Shown here in pieces: positions 1 to 10,559 of a stretch of 64,000 bases of DNA. Source of the stretch: an uncultured Clostridia bacterium (GTDB taxonomy: Bacteria; Bacillota; Clostridia; Christensenellales; UBA1242); assembly GCA_944383415.1 (NCBI GenBank), contig CALWPK010000002.1:43303-107302 (forward strand), written 5' to 3'. Position 1 is the stretch's first letter, and each line of letters begins with the position of its first letter. A model generated the notes under the pieces. The model was not told the origin of the DNA and searched no databases. It saw only the letters and a program-made list of their open reading frames with translations. The position numbers and the translations under genes are program-made.

Positions 1-1801
1 TCTCCCAAAGAAGATCTGCGTTCATCTCGCCTAGCCCTTTGTATCGTTGCACATTGTATCCTTTCTCGTTATCCAATACCGCCGTCTCTTTTTCTTCTTC
101 TGTGTAATAATAAGACACTTGTTTTCCGTGCGTCACTTTGTAGAGTGGAGGTTGTGCTACATACACGTGTCCCTCTTCAATCAGTGGACGCATATATCTG
201 AAGAAGAATGTCAGCATCAAGATCTCAATATGGCTACCATCCACATCCGCATCTGTCATAATAATAATCTTGTCGTATCTAAGTTTCTTAGGATCACAAT
301 TTTCATATATTCCGCAACCAAACGCAGTGATCATAGCATTAATCTCTGCATTTTCCAACGCGTGTGCCAGTCTTGTCTTTTCAACGTTCAAGATCTTACC
401 CCTTAGTGGCAAAATGGCTTGATATCGTCTGTCCCTTCCTGATTTTGCCGTACCGCCTGCGGAATCACCCTCGACAATGAATATCTCGCACTCGCTCGCA
501 TTCTTCGAACTACAATCTGCCAATTTGCCAGGTAGATTGGTGGATTCTAATGCACTTTTTCGCCTCGTCTCTTCACGTGCGTTTCGTGCTGCTTCCCTCG
601 CACGTTGCGACATCATACATTTATTGATCAGATCTTTGCTCTCTTTTGGGTGCTCTTCAAGATAATCTTTGAAAGTTTCCTCCATCGCTTTTGAGGTGAA
701 GGTCTTGATCTCATCTGTGCCCAATTTAGTTTTGGTTTGCCCTTCAAATTGAGGTTCTTCCACCTTGACTGAAATCACTGCGACTATTCCTTCTCGCGTG
801 TCCTCCCCACTCAATTTCTTGTTGTCTTTGATCAGTTTATTTTCAATCGCATAATCATTGATTATTTTCATCAGGCTATTTTTGAATCCATCAACGTGTT
901 TTCCACCCTCTTCCGTGTTGATATTGTTGCAATAACTATGAATATTCTCTGTATATGTGTCTGTATATTGAAAACTAAATTCTATCTCACAAGTGGCATC
1001 TACACTCTTGCCATTTTCGTCCTTGCGCCTATATTTATAAGTCTTGTCCACATATATAGGTTCAGGGAAAACGCAAGTTTTATTTTCTGTAAGGTCGGCG
1101 ACGAATTCCTGAATACCACCCATAAATTGATATAAATTTTCTTGTTCTTTCCCAATTCTTAAATCAGCCAAATGAATTCTAAGTCCTTTGTTTAAAAAGG
1201 CGATTTCTCTCAGCCTTGCTTTCAATGTGTCGTAATTGAATTCGGTGATTGGGAAAATTTCATCATCTGGTTTGAATGTCACTTTTGTACCTGTCTTTTC
1301 CATTGGGACATCACCCACAATCGCAAGACGATCATTAGGAACACCGCGATGATATTCTTGATGATAATGTTTGCCATTTTGATAGATATCCAAAATAAGC
1401 GTTTCACTAAGAGCGTTCACTACAGACAATCCCACACCGTGAAGTCCGCCAGAAATCTTGTATCCGCCACCGCCGAATTTTCCGCCTGCGTGGAGTTTGG
1501 TGAGCACGAGTTCTGCTGCACTTATACCTTCTTTTTCGTGAATACCTGTTGGGATACCTCGACCATTATCCAAAACACTCACAGATCCATCATCATTGAT
1601 CGTCACATTGATTTCATTACAGTATCCTGCTAGTGCTTCGTCAATCGAGTTGTCCACAATTTCGGTCACCAGATGGTGCAATCCCTTTTCATCGGTCGAA
1701 CCGATATACATGCCTGGACGTTTCCTCACTGGCTCTAGACCTTCAAGCACTTGTATTGCCTCCGCTCCATAATTGCCTGTTACTTTCAAATCATCTGTCA
1801 T
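1..1801 (-). CDS. gyrB: DNA gyrase subunit B (C-terminal end runs off the window start)
   Basis: Absent from the ORF track because the frame is open at the window edge. My own minus-strand translation from the ATG at 1801 gives MTDDLKVTGNYGAEAIQVLEGLEPVRKRPGMYIGSTDEKGLHHLVTEIVDNSIDE. At position 1 the frame reads GEMNADLLWE. RBS aaggagag lies upstream. Confidence 0.93.
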   Translation of the reverse strand, partial: MTDDLKVTGNYGAEAIQVLEGLEPVRKRPGMYIGSTDEKGLHHLVTEIVDNSIDEALAGYCNEINVTINDDGSVSVLDNGRGIPTGIHEKEGISAAELVLTKLHAGGKFGGGGYKISGGLHGVGLSVVNALSETLILDIYQNGKHYHQEYHRGVPNDRLAIVGDVPMEKTGTKVTFKPDDEIFPITEFNYDTLKARLREIAFLNKGLRIHLADLRIGKEQENLYQFMGGIQEFVADLTENKTCVFPEPIYVDKTYKYRRKDENGKSVDATCEIEFSFQYTDTYTENIHSYCNNINTEEGGKHVDGFKNSLMKIINDYAIENKLIKDNKKLSGEDTREGIVAVISVKVEEPQFEGQTKTKLGTDEIKTFTSKAMEETFKDYLEEHPKESKDLINKCMMSQRAREAARNAREETRRKSALESTNLPGKLADCSSKNASECEIFIVEGDSAGGTAKSGRDRRYQAILPLRGKILNVEKTRLAHALENAEINAMITAFGCGIYENCDPKKLRYDKIIIMTDADVDGSHIEILMLTFFFRYMRPLIEEGHVYVAQPPLYKVTHGKQVSYYYTEEEKETAVLDNEKGYNVQRYKGLGEMNADLLWE

Positions 1802-2215
1802 AATCTCTCCTTATTAATACCAAATTTGTCATTTCAAACTATCCTAGATTTTTCAATCTAAAATATCCGTTGCCAAATATATTAAAAAAAATATATTATA
1901 TATAAATATATAATATATTCTACCAAAATCGTAGCAAAAAAACAAGTGTTTATCACCCTAAAAAATAAGGAAATTTGCCGTATTTTGCGTTGATATTTGC
2001 ATTTTGAAAATAAGTTAATACAAATAAAAAATTTGCCGGTTTATAGCAAATTTCTAAGTATATAATTTTGAATATTTAAGTTGAAATCGAACACAATCAA
2101 ATTTTAATATCAACAATTTTATATGTTGCATATTGTTTAGATATCTAAATTTTCTTTGAGCAAATTTGCTACAAAATTCACAGATTTTATCTAATTTTTG
2201 TCTTATAAATCAAAA

Positions 2216-2788
2216 TTAAATGTCGTCTATCAAATCACCTTTTGGATATAGTTCTTGCGTTTCGGAATCAAATGAATAGTTTTCTTCCACTGCAACTTTT
2301 GTAGACACCATACTTTGATCGTTGATTTCGTCCGTCAATGTGAAACTGTCCTGATTCGTGCCATAACTTCCTGATCTCCCAGATTCTGCCACAAAAAAAT
2401 AGTTTTCGTGCTTGTAGTCAAAGATGTCTAAATATCTCCTACTGACATAATATAACGATTGGTCACGTGGCAATATCAATTTGATATTCTTTTCTTCATT
2501 TTGCGACTCTATCAAACATTTTCCCGAGCCAGTTAAGACTAGAGTGGGATTGTCTATACCTTTAAGAGCGTTTTGACCGATTTTATAGTCATAATCTCCC
2601 ACTTTATGTTTTGAAAACGCTTTTGGTTGAACAAAGTCTGGCAACACCAAAAATTCTGGACATTTCTCGCTCAAAACTCTAATCTCTGATATGGTGAGAC
2701 CCCGTATGAAATATATGACCTCAGGCGTGCTGTTTTTGTATTGGATGTAGACGCCAGACTTGTATCTCTTGGGCATATCTATCTGCAT
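2216..2788 (-). CDS. hypothetical protein with acidic C-terminus
   Basis: The ORF in the track is 197 aa. The internal ATG at 2788 is preceded by aggagg, so it is preferred as the start. No motif recognised. Confidence 0.6.
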   Translation of the reverse strand: MQIDMPKRYKSGVYIQYKNSTPEVIYFIRGLTISEIRVLSEKCPEFLVLPDFVQPKAFSKHKVGDYDYKIGQNALKGIDNPTLVLTGSGKCLIESQNEEKNIKLILPRDQSLYYVSRRYLDIFDYKHENYFFVAESGRSGSYGTNQDSFTLTDEINDQSMVSTKVAVEENYSFDSETQELYPKGDLIDDI

Positions 2789-2991
2789 ATTTCCTCCTAA
2801 GTTTTCCACGAACGGATATTCAATTTTGTAATTTATTGATCATCTACTAGGCAAACATTATAATCAAAAAGATATAAATTTGCTATACATAATATTTTAA
2901 CCTAATCATCTACAGAGTCGTTTATTTGATAAACTAAGAAACATATTTGTATATCGAACAATTGTATTTATCAGGCAATATATTAAATTCG

Positions 2992-4560
2992 CTACACTTT
3001 GATCTTGTTCAATTCTTCAATCTCTTTGTTGATATCCAAACGTTGATACAAGTTTTCACTTTTCGCTACCGCTGTATTGTCGCCAATGAATCCATATTCT
3101 CTGTATTTGTCAAAACTATCAGGAACAGTTAGTCCCCAACTAGCATAGACGAGTTTTGGTTTCACAGTCAAGAATGGCAAAAGTAAAGTGTTCGCAATGA
3201 TAATAGTTTCACTTAGCACATTCAGAACAGTGTTCAGTCTTTCCATCTCGCCAGATTTTGCCAGCACCCAAGGAGCATTCTCGTCAATGAATTTATTGGC
3301 ACGAGAAAACATCTCAAAAATTGTGTTCAAAGCACCTGTCGGATTGATATCTTCCATCATCTCAAACACCTGCTTGCGTTTATTTAGAATCTCAGCCTGA
3401 AATTCTCTATCGCTTTCGCTTAAGTTAGTTGCCCGGTTTAGCGTTCCGCCAAGATATTTACCTATCATTCCAATCGTCCTAGATACAAGATTTCCATATT
3501 CATTGGCGAGATTGGTGTTGTATGAATTCAAAAATAATTCCTGCGTATATGGTCCGTCCTGACCAAAAATCACTTCTTTTATCAAAAACATTCTGATAGC
3601 ATCAATGCCATATCTATCTGATAAAATGCGTGGGTCAATCACACTTCCTGAATTGTCCTTTGACTTGGATAATTTTCCTCCGTCAAACAACAACCAACCG
3701 TGCCCATAGACTTGTTTTGGCAAAGGTAGGTCTAGCGCCATCAAAATTGCTGGCCAAATAATCGAATGGAAACGGACAATCTCTTTGCCTACCACGTGAA
3801 CATCACACGGCCAAAACTTTTTAAATAGGGAATCATCTTTTTGAAGATATCCCAATGCACTAATGTAGTTTGGCAACGCATCTATCCAAACATATACGGT
3901 ATGTTTTGGGTCAAAATCAACTGGTACTCCCCATTTTACACTGGTTCTGCTGACACACAAGTCTTTTAATCCCGGCTTTATGAAATTGTTTATCATTTCA
4001 TTCACACGAGTATGTGGACGCAAGAAATCGGTCTCGGTCAGCAATTTTTCAATTCTATCCTGATATTTGCTAAGTCGGAAAAAATATGCTTCTTCTTCCA
4101 TTGGTTCGACCGGTCTACCGCAGTCTGGGCATTTCCCGTCCACCAATTGCTCTTCTGTCCAAAATGATTCGCACGGAGTGCAATATAGTCCTTTGTATGA
4201 TGATTTGTATATATCGCCCTTTTCGTACAACTTTTTGAATATCTTTTGCACTGTCTCGACGTGACTAGAATCAGTAGTTCGGATGAATTTGTCATACGAA
4301 ATATCTAGCGTGTCCCAAAGAGCACGTGTGTCAGAGACAATCTCATTCAAATATTCTATTTCACTGAGATTTTTTTCTCTCGCTATCTTTTCAATCTTCT
4401 GACCATGTTCGTCCGTTCCAGTTAAATAAAACACATCTTTTCCCATCATTCGATTAAAACGCGCAATGCTATCGCAAAGAATCGTGGTATAGCAATTTCC
4501 TAACGTCATCTTGTTGCTAGGATAATAAATAGGTGTCGTGATATAAAATGTGTTCTTCAT
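2992..4560 (-). CDS. metG: methionine--tRNA ligase (short form without C-terminal tRNA-binding appendix)
   Basis: N-terminus is YITTPIYYPSNKMTLGNCY. A KLSKSKDN (KMSKS-like) motif and CTPC/CPDC zinc knuckles are present. RBS aaggaga. Confidence 0.93.
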   Translation of the reverse strand: MKNTFYITTPIYYPSNKMTLGNCYTTILCDSIARFNRMMGKDVFYLTGTDEHGQKIEKIAREKNLSEIEYLNEIVSDTRALWDTLDISYDKFIRTTDSSHVETVQKIFKKLYEKGDIYKSSYKGLYCTPCESFWTEEQLVDGKCPDCGRPVEPMEEEAYFFRLSKYQDRIEKLLTETDFLRPHTRVNEMINNFIKPGLKDLCVSRTSVKWGVPVDFDPKHTVYVWIDALPNYISALGYLQKDDSLFKKFWPCDVHVVGKEIVRFHSIIWPAILMALDLPLPKQVYGHGWLLFDGGKLSKSKDNSGSVIDPRILSDRYGIDAIRMFLIKEVIFGQDGPYTQELFLNSYNTNLANEYGNLVSRTIGMIGKYLGGTLNRATNLSESDREFQAEILNKRKQVFEMMEDINPTGALNTIFEMFSRANKFIDENAPWVLAKSGEMERLNTVLNVLSETIIIANTLLLPFLTVKPKLVYASWGLTVPDSFDKYREYGFIGDNTAVAKSENLYQRLDINKEIEELNKIKV

Positions 4561-4596
4561 ATTTTCTCCTTAATTTAAAATTTTTTATGTTCTATT

Positions 4597-5181
4597 TTAT
4601 TTAGAATTTTTCACTAAATATGCGATATAGTGACGGCTGTCGAATTCGAGTTTGTATTTATCGAATTTTACCTTCGGATAATGCTCTGGGGTTGGATTTT
4701 TGAATTTCTTTTTCTTAACGATTTTGAATCCCTTTTCTTTCAGATATTGCTCAATATATCTAAAATGCACGCACGGGTCCTCAAATATGTCGATAATGAG
4801 GAAATAATCTGCCTTTATGTCCATAATGTGATGGAACATATTCTCAAACGAATTGCCCCACCTAAGCGCCTCTCCTAGCGAGCAATGCACTAGACAAAAG
4901 TCATATTGTTTCCTAAAAGTCGTGGTGCAAATGTCTGCTTCCATAATCTCAAGTCTGTCGCTACCAATTGCATTTTCAAGCGGATTTTTCTTCCTATTAT
5001 CTCCCGGAAAAATCACTGCATCCACCTTCGCTCGTGGGAAATATTTCAATGCAATGCTCGCACTAATCTTTCCGCTACCTGCATCGATCACTTTCCTAAA
5101 TTCGTCTCTATTCAACTTTTTCGTCATCACACGAATGATCTTGTCGTGAATTGATTTTGACGTATCGACCAATTTTTCCAT
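4597..5181 (-). CDS. class I SAM-dependent methyltransferase
   Basis: VIDAGSGKIS is a glycine-rich motif I. The ORF extends to 5280, but the ATG at 5181 has a better RBS (gggaaaaagga) and avoids overlap with dtd. The start is uncertain. Confidence 0.65.
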   Translation of the reverse strand: MEKLVDTSKSIHDKIIRVMTKKLNRDEFRKVIDAGSGKISASIALKYFPRAKVDAVIFPGDNRKKNPLENAIGSDRLEIMEADICTTTFRKQYDFCLVHCSLGEALRWGNSFENMFHHIMDIKADYFLIIDIFEDPCVHFRYIEQYLKEKGFKIVKKKKFKNPTPEHYPKVKFDKYKLEFDSRHYIAYLVKNSK

Positions 5182-5248
5182 ACAATTCCTTTTTCCCTTA
5201 AGTTTTATCATTTGGCATTCCAAATCTAAAATATTTGAAGTCCTATCT

Positions 5249-5683
5249 TCAAATCTCTTTGTATATTGTGCCGGGTCCATCGAGGTGGCAGTCTATCTGC
5301 ATATTCCCGCCAAAGACTCCCAGTTTCGTCTCTACCCCCATATTCTTCAATTCTTTCGCTACTGCCAAGTACAATTTCTTCGCCATATCCTTATCTGCTG
5401 ATAGTGAAAAGTCGGGTCGCGCTCCACTATTTGCACTGGTACACAATGTGAAATTGGATATCAGCAGGACGGAATAGTTTAGGTCAAGGACGCTGTCGTT
5501 GAGTTTTCCGTCTCGGCGGAATATGCGAATGGTCGCAATCTTCTTAGCAACTCTACTCACTTTGCTATAATCGTCATCTCGCGTGACTCCTAGCATTACC
5601 ATAAGTCCTGGACCTATCTCACTGACTAATTTGTCATCCACAGAAAGTTTGGCATATTTTACACGCTGAATCACCAATCTCAT
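5249..5683 (-). CDS. dtd: D-aminoacyl-tRNA deacylase
   Basis: MRLVIQRVKYAKLSVD...GPGLMVMLGV and a C-terminal LDGPGT motif are typical of Dtd. Confidence 0.9.
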   Translation of the reverse strand: MRLVIQRVKYAKLSVDDKLVSEIGPGLMVMLGVTRDDDYSKVSRVAKKIATIRIFRRDGKLNDSVLDLNYSVLLISNFTLCTSANSGARPDFSLSADKDMAKKLYLAVAKELKNMGVETKLGVFGGNMQIDCHLDGPGTIYKEI

Positions 5684-5684
5684 T

Positions 5685-6104
5685 TTATCCTCTCGCGATC
5701 TTGCTCACCAAACTCATATCCACTTTTCCAGCATAGTTTGCTTTGAAATGTTTCATCACTGACGGAATTGATTTGTCCTCGAGTGAATTGATGACCGATT
5801 TTATTTCATCCTCAGTCATCATCTTTGGGAGATATTTTGAAATTATATCAATCTGCTTTGTGATATTCTCCGCCTCAGTTTCGTTCTTGACTTTTATATA
5901 ATTTTCTCTCTCTTCTTTCAGTTCCTTAATCGTCTTTTGGATGATTTGGACGACATCGCTGTCCGCTTGCTCTTTTTCGTCCTTTTTCAGTTCAATGCTA
6001 TTTAATAGCACCTTGTTCATCACCACGCCAAAAATTGCACGTGCCACACTATCGTGGTCTTTCATAGCCTGAACATTATCTTTTTTAATCTCATCAATCA
6101 ACAT
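5685..6104 (-). CDS. GatB/YqeY domain protein
   Basis: The length and the sequence pattern (IKKDNVQAMKDHD...LPKMMTEDEI...MKHFKANYAGKVDMSLVSK) match the YqeY family. Confidence 0.8.
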   Translation of the reverse strand: MLIDEIKKDNVQAMKDHDSVARAIFGVVMNKVLLNSIELKKDEKEQADSDVVQIIQKTIKELKEERENYIKVKNETEAENITKQIDIISKYLPKMMTEDEIKSVINSLEDKSIPSVMKHFKANYAGKVDMSLVSKIARG

Positions 6105-6115
6105 ATTCTCTCCTT

Positions 6116-7549
6116 CTATTCTTCTTTGAATATATCTTCTATTTCGCTATTCTCCATTGGGGTCAATACAACGTCCTTTTCCTTTTGTATCTTGCTAGTA
6201 TTCCTAGTATAAAGATTATCCTTACCTTGCTCGTAGAATTGAGTGAATTCGCTCTTCCACTTGATCGGAATCGTGCCACGCATACCATTTCTATGTTTTG
6301 CGATTACAAGCGAATAGTCAAGGGCATCGTCGGCACTATCAGTCGCATTTTCGCTAGCCACATCGGATATGAACATAACGATATCCGCATCTTGCTCGAT
6401 ACTTCCCGATTCTCTCAGGTCGCTTAATTGCGGAGTCTTGTCCGCACGCTTTTCGCTCTCACGATTGAGTTGAGATAGGAGTATAATTGGCACGCCCAAC
6501 TCACGTGCTGCAAGTTTTATGCTACGCGTGAGATCCGCCACTTCTTGCTGACGATTGTTATCCTTAGTCGCCCTCTCGCCTTTCATCAATTGGAGATAAT
6601 CTATTATCACCATATCTAGCCCGTATTGAGCCTTCAACCTTCTACATTTTGACAATATTTCTGACGGAGTGATGGTGGTCGTATCATCTATATAGATGTT
6701 TGAATTTTCGAGTATTTTCTTCGTTTCAAACAAAGTCGCCCAAACGTTGTTGTCCTTAGTGCCACCCTTTACAAAATCCATCGGTACGCGTCCAGTCGAA
6801 CAGATGAATCGCTGTGCCACTTGAAGTGCAGACATCTCCAAGTCAAACATCGCTACATATTTATTATATTTCAAAGCAGAATTAATTGCAAAATTTACAG
6901 CCAAAGTTGTTTTACCTATACCTGGACGTGCCGCAATAATAATGAGTTCGCCAGGCTTAAAGCCGTTTGTGATCTTATCAAGGGTAGGAAATCCCGTCTT
7001 GACCCCCATATTTGCATTAGGATCGATCGAAATCTTTTCCATAAGGTCGATTGCTTCGCTGACGCCCTTTTTGATATGCTCTAGATCGCCCGTTCTACGC
7101 GTTTGGGATATATCGAAAATACGTTTTTCTGCACTCTCGAGCACTTCTTGCGCACTGCCACGCTCAAACACGTCATTGATCGTCTGCTGAGATGCCTCTA
7201 CGATTTGACGCAAAACGCTATCGTTTTTCACAATGTCACGATAATATTTGTAGTTCGCAGCACTCGGCACAAAATTCGTCAAATCAATGATATAACTGAG
7301 CCCACCAACCTCTTCGAGTTCGCCCTTAGTTTCGAGCACTTTGCTGACCGTGATATAGTCTATTGCCACGTCTTTGAAATAATTATCTAGCATCGCCTGA
7401 TATATCTTCTGATGCGCGATCGAATAAAAGTCCTTCGCATTCAGACTCACAAACACATCCGTGCACGCATCTACTGACAAGAATAGACAGCCGAGCAAAC
7501 TTTGCTCTGCCTCTAGATCATTTGGTAAAATCTTAGGTTTTTTATCCAT
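6116..7549 (-). CDS. dnaB: replicative DNA helicase
   Basis: LPNDLEAEQSLLGCL N-terminus, Walker A ARPGIGKTT, and a RecA-like C-terminal domain. Confidence 0.94.
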   Translation of the reverse strand: MDKKPKILPNDLEAEQSLLGCLFLSVDACTDVFVSLNAKDFYSIAHQKIYQAMLDNYFKDVAIDYITVSKVLETKGELEEVGGLSYIIDLTNFVPSAANYKYYRDIVKNDSVLRQIVEASQQTINDVFERGSAQEVLESAEKRIFDISQTRRTGDLEHIKKGVSEAIDLMEKISIDPNANMGVKTGFPTLDKITNGFKPGELIIIAARPGIGKTTLAVNFAINSALKYNKYVAMFDLEMSALQVAQRFICSTGRVPMDFVKGGTKDNNVWATLFETKKILENSNIYIDDTTTITPSEILSKCRRLKAQYGLDMVIIDYLQLMKGERATKDNNRQQEVADLTRSIKLAARELGVPIILLSQLNRESEKRADKTPQLSDLRESGSIEQDADIVMFISDVASENATDSADDALDYSLVIAKHRNGMRGTIPIKWKSEFTQFYEQGKDNLYTRNTSKIQKEKDVVLTPMENSEIEDIFKEE

Positions 7550-7666
7550 TATTTCTCCTTTTCGATGTATTATTCAAGATTGCTTTGACTTACTGATTCA
7601 ATGCTTTATCGTATTCTGATACCAACGCTGACCTTTCGCTTCAGTTGGACTCAAAAATTGAAATCT

Positions 7667-7924
7667 TTATTTGAACACATCTTTTTTATCTTCTTCAACT
7701 TTTGATTCGCGTCTCTTTTTTCGCCTAACGATCAACTCTTCTATCAGCACGACTACCCCCATAATCAATACGAATATGAAAATCTGCAATCCGCTTGAAG
7801 TGATGACATTGCGCATAAGATATGCAAACACCAGCAAAAATGGCACACAGCATAGCATTGTGATAGCGATTCGCTTAGCCACTTTCATAGCATTATCATA
7901 AACTTCGTCTCTATTATCTCTCAT
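7667..7924 (-). CDS. small membrane protein (two predicted TM helices, KR-rich tail)
   Basis: Hydrophobic segments in the translation. The ATG at 7924 lies 1 nt after the typA stop, so it was preferred to the overlapping start at 7957. Confidence 0.5.
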   Translation of the reverse strand: MRDNRDEVYDNAMKVAKRIAITMLCCVPFLLVFAYLMRNVITSSGLQIFIFVLIMGVVVLIEELIVRRKKRRESKVEEDKKDVFK

Positions 7925-7925
7925 A

Positions 7926-9743
7926 CTACTCCACGATTGGTTTTCTAGACTTTGCACGCAACTGGTGATCCAAAATTGCTTTCCTGATTCGTATAGACTG
8001 AGGAGTAACCTCTACCAATTCGTCATCCGCAATGAATTCAAGTGCGCCCTCTAGTGACAATTCTTGAATAGGAATCAGTTTCAACGCCTCATCACTAGCA
8101 CTGCTACGCGTGTTGGTCAATTGCTTTTTCTTGCACACGTTGACCACTATATCATCTCCCTTAGGGTTTGAGCCAACGACCTGCCCCATATACACCTTGT
8201 CGCCCGGACGCACGAGCAATCTACCTCTTCCTTGTGCATTGAATAGTCCGTAGGTCACAGCCTCACCCGTCTCATACGAGATGAGAGATCCAAAATTGCG
8301 CCCCTCAATCTCTCCCTTGTATGGCTCATAATCGTAAAAAACTGACGACATCACTCCTTCACCGCGAGTATCTGTGAGCATTTGTGATTTATAGCCAAAT
8401 AATCCACGACTAGGCACCAAGAATTGCAAACGCATTCTGCTACCTATCGGAGACATATCCAATAGTTCGCCCTTTTTCACTCCCATTGATTGCATAACTG
8501 TACCGACCGCGTCCTCTGGTACGTCCAAAACAACTTTATCAATAGGCTCACATCTGACACCATCTATTGTCTTGAATAGCGCACGTGGTCTGCTCACTTG
8601 GAATTCGTACCCATCTCTACGCATATTTTCAATCAAAATTGATAGATGCATTTCACCACGCCCACGCACTTTGAATTGATCGGCAGTGACGCCGTCCTCT
8701 ACCTGCAATGATAGGTCTTTCACCGCCTCTTTATACAATCTGTCCTTTAAGTGCCTACTAGTGACATATTTGCCCTCTTTGCCTGCAAATGGACTATCAT
8801 TCACCATAAATGTCATTTCAACGCTTGGTTCGCTGATTTTCACGAATTCAATCGGTTTCATATCCGCAGTCTCGCTCACTGTATCTCCAATTGTGATGTC
8901 TGGGATACCTGCAATACAGATGATATCTCCCGCCGTCCCTTCTTCTATTGGATCACGTTTGAGTCCATTGAAATTGAAAATATTTACTACCTTGCCAGTG
9001 TAGCGTTTGCTTTCGTCAAAAAAATTCGTGATATATAGAGTTTGGTTGAGTTTAATTTTCCCTGTTTCGATCTTGCCGACTGCGAGTTTGCCAAGATAAT
9101 CATTCTGCTCAGTTGATGAAATCAGCATCTGAAAAGGTGCATCTATATTCATATTCGGTGGATCAATGTGATTGATGATCGCTTCAAATAGCGGTTTCAT
9201 ATCCGTGCCGGGAACTTTGTAGTCCGTGCTAGCCACTCCGTTTCGTGCAGAACAATAGATGATAGGACTATCCAACTGCTCGTCATTTGCATTTAGGTCG
9301 AGCATAAGTTCGAGCACTTCGTCCGCCACCACATCAAGACGTGCGTCTGGTCGATCTACCTTGTTGATCACAATGATGACTTTCAGATTGAGTGCAAGCG
9401 CTTTTTCAAGGACGAATCTAGTCTGTGGCATAGGTCCTTCGAAGGCGTCCACCACTAGTAGCACCCCGTCCACCATTTTGAGAACACGCTCCACTTCTCC
9501 GCCAAAGTCCGCGTGACCAGGAGTGTCTACAATATTTATCTTGGTCCCATTATAAAACGCCGAACAATTTTTGGATAAAATAGTAATCCCTCTCTCGCGC
9601 TCAAGTGCGTTGGAATCCATCACTCTATCCTGAACTTCTTGATTTTCACGAAAAATACCGCCCTGCTTGAGCAAAGCGTTGACCAAACTCGTTTTGCCGT
9701 GATCTACGTGTGCAATAATTGCTATGTTTCTAATGTCTATCAT
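7926..9743 (-). CDS. typA: translational GTPase TypA/BipA
   Basis: IRNIAIIAHVDHGKTSLVNALL G1 motif, DTPGHADF, NKVDR. The start was moved to the ATG at 9743 (RBS gagg). The upstream 19 codons are hydrophobic read-through. Confidence 0.93.
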   Translation of the reverse strand: MIDIRNIAIIAHVDHGKTSLVNALLKQGGIFRENQEVQDRVMDSNALERERGITILSKNCSAFYNGTKINIVDTPGHADFGGEVERVLKMVDGVLLVVDAFEGPMPQTRFVLEKALALNLKVIIVINKVDRPDARLDVVADEVLELMLDLNANDEQLDSPIIYCSARNGVASTDYKVPGTDMKPLFEAIINHIDPPNMNIDAPFQMLISSTEQNDYLGKLAVGKIETGKIKLNQTLYITNFFDESKRYTGKVVNIFNFNGLKRDPIEEGTAGDIICIAGIPDITIGDTVSETADMKPIEFVKISEPSVEMTFMVNDSPFAGKEGKYVTSRHLKDRLYKEAVKDLSLQVEDGVTADQFKVRGRGEMHLSILIENMRRDGYEFQVSRPRALFKTIDGVRCEPIDKVVLDVPEDAVGTVMQSMGVKKGELLDMSPIGSRMRLQFLVPSRGLFGYKSQMLTDTRGEGVMSSVFYDYEPYKGEIEGRNFGSLISYETGEAVTYGLFNAQGRGRLLVRPGDKVYMGQVVGSNPKGDDIVVNVCKKKQLTNTRSSASDEALKLIPIQELSLEGALEFIADDELVEVTPQSIRIRKAILDHQLRAKSRKPIVE

Positions 9744-9922
9744 ATATACCTCAAATATAATTATACACAATATAATAACATAAATATAAAAAAATTGCAA
9801 TAAAAGAAAAAAAATAGCAATATAAATTTTTTGAAAAACATCTTAAAAATAGTTGATTTTTTATTATTTATTTGATAGCATTTTTGTAAGTTGAGATTTC
9901 AACGGATAAAAAGGAGAAAAGT

Positions 9923-10207
9923 ATGAATACTATTAGCGCAGGGGATTTCATTAAACAGGTGGCTGAAGCGACAGGTTTCACTCAAACCCAAATCAAATCA
10001 ATTTTAAACACCGCTGGCGAAAAGATCAAAGAGAATCTTAAAGCAGGCAAAGAAATGCACTTCATCGGATACTTCAATATCGGTATCAAATCAAAAAAAG
10101 CAGGTGTTAAACTCAATCCTTTCACAGGTGAAAAGGTTAAAGTTGCCGCTTGCAAAGTTCCTACTGTAAAAATGAGCGCTTCTTTCAAACAGTTGTTGAA
10201 GAAATAA
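9923..10207 (+). CDS. hup: HU-family DNA-binding protein
   Basis: 94 aa. FIKQVAEATGFTQTQ...NPFTGEKVKVAACKVPTVKMSASFK. RBS aaaggaga. Confidence 0.9.
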   Translation: MNTISAGDFIKQVAEATGFTQTQIKSILNTAGEKIKENLKAGKEMHFIGYFNIGIKSKKAGVKLNPFTGEKVKVAACKVPTVKMSASFKQLLKK

Positions 10208-10211
10208 ATTA

Positions 10212-10233
10212 ACGGCTTTATGCCGTTTTTTTC
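10212..10233 (+). terminator. intrinsic terminator of hup
   Basis: acggc-tttat-gccgt followed by T7. Confidence 0.75.
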
Positions 10234-10508
10234 TATATAATGCGATATGATTTCTAATTTCAATAATTAGATAGTGTGCGATTCGCATAATGTCAAGATA
10301 AATATATGAGATGAAATAAAAATGAAAGTTTTATGACTTGGTTTTGTTTCATCTCTATTTCTATTTGTCTTTTGGATTTTGGTTAAAAATTATTTACAAT
10401 TTCAAATCTTTTCTAGATCAAAAACTGAAATATGAAATTTGATTTATTCAAATTTTGACTATAAAAACAAATAAAAAATAAAATCAATGAAAAAGTAAAA
10501 TAAAATAT

Positions 10509-10537
10509 TTGTTAATTTTTCTATAATTTGGTATAAT
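10509..10537 (+). promoter_or_regulatory. sigma-A type promoter
   Basis: TTGTTA, 17-nt spacer, TGgTATAAT (extended -10). It lies 22 nt upstream of the ATG at 10560. Confidence 0.6.
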
Positions 10538-10559
10538 ACTATTAATTTGGGGGGTTATT

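Noticed and set aside
1971-2169. Recurrent AAATTTGC / GCAAATTT octamer (also at 20572, 28524, 28861, 53352 and 53781) as a regulator binding site
   Set aside because: Most occurrences coincide with extended -10 elements (TTTGCTATAAT or TTTGCTAAAAT) or with TTGC-type -35 hexamers. It is therefore probably promoter vocabulary rather than a dedicated operator. The palindromic instances (2029-2053, 20572-20588 and 28861-28876) remain mildly suspicious.
1802-2215. Replication origin near gyrB (or near dnaB at 7.5 kb)
   Set aside because: There is no cluster of TTATCCACA-like DnaA boxes (only one two-mismatch tttatcaccc). dnaA and dnaN are not adjacent, and the AT-rich palindromes look like ordinary promoter DNA.
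4561-4596. T-box leader upstream of metG (and upstream of alaS at 62220-62680)
   Set aside because: No T-box core sequence or specifier-type architecture is visible. The metG upstream gap is only 36 nt.
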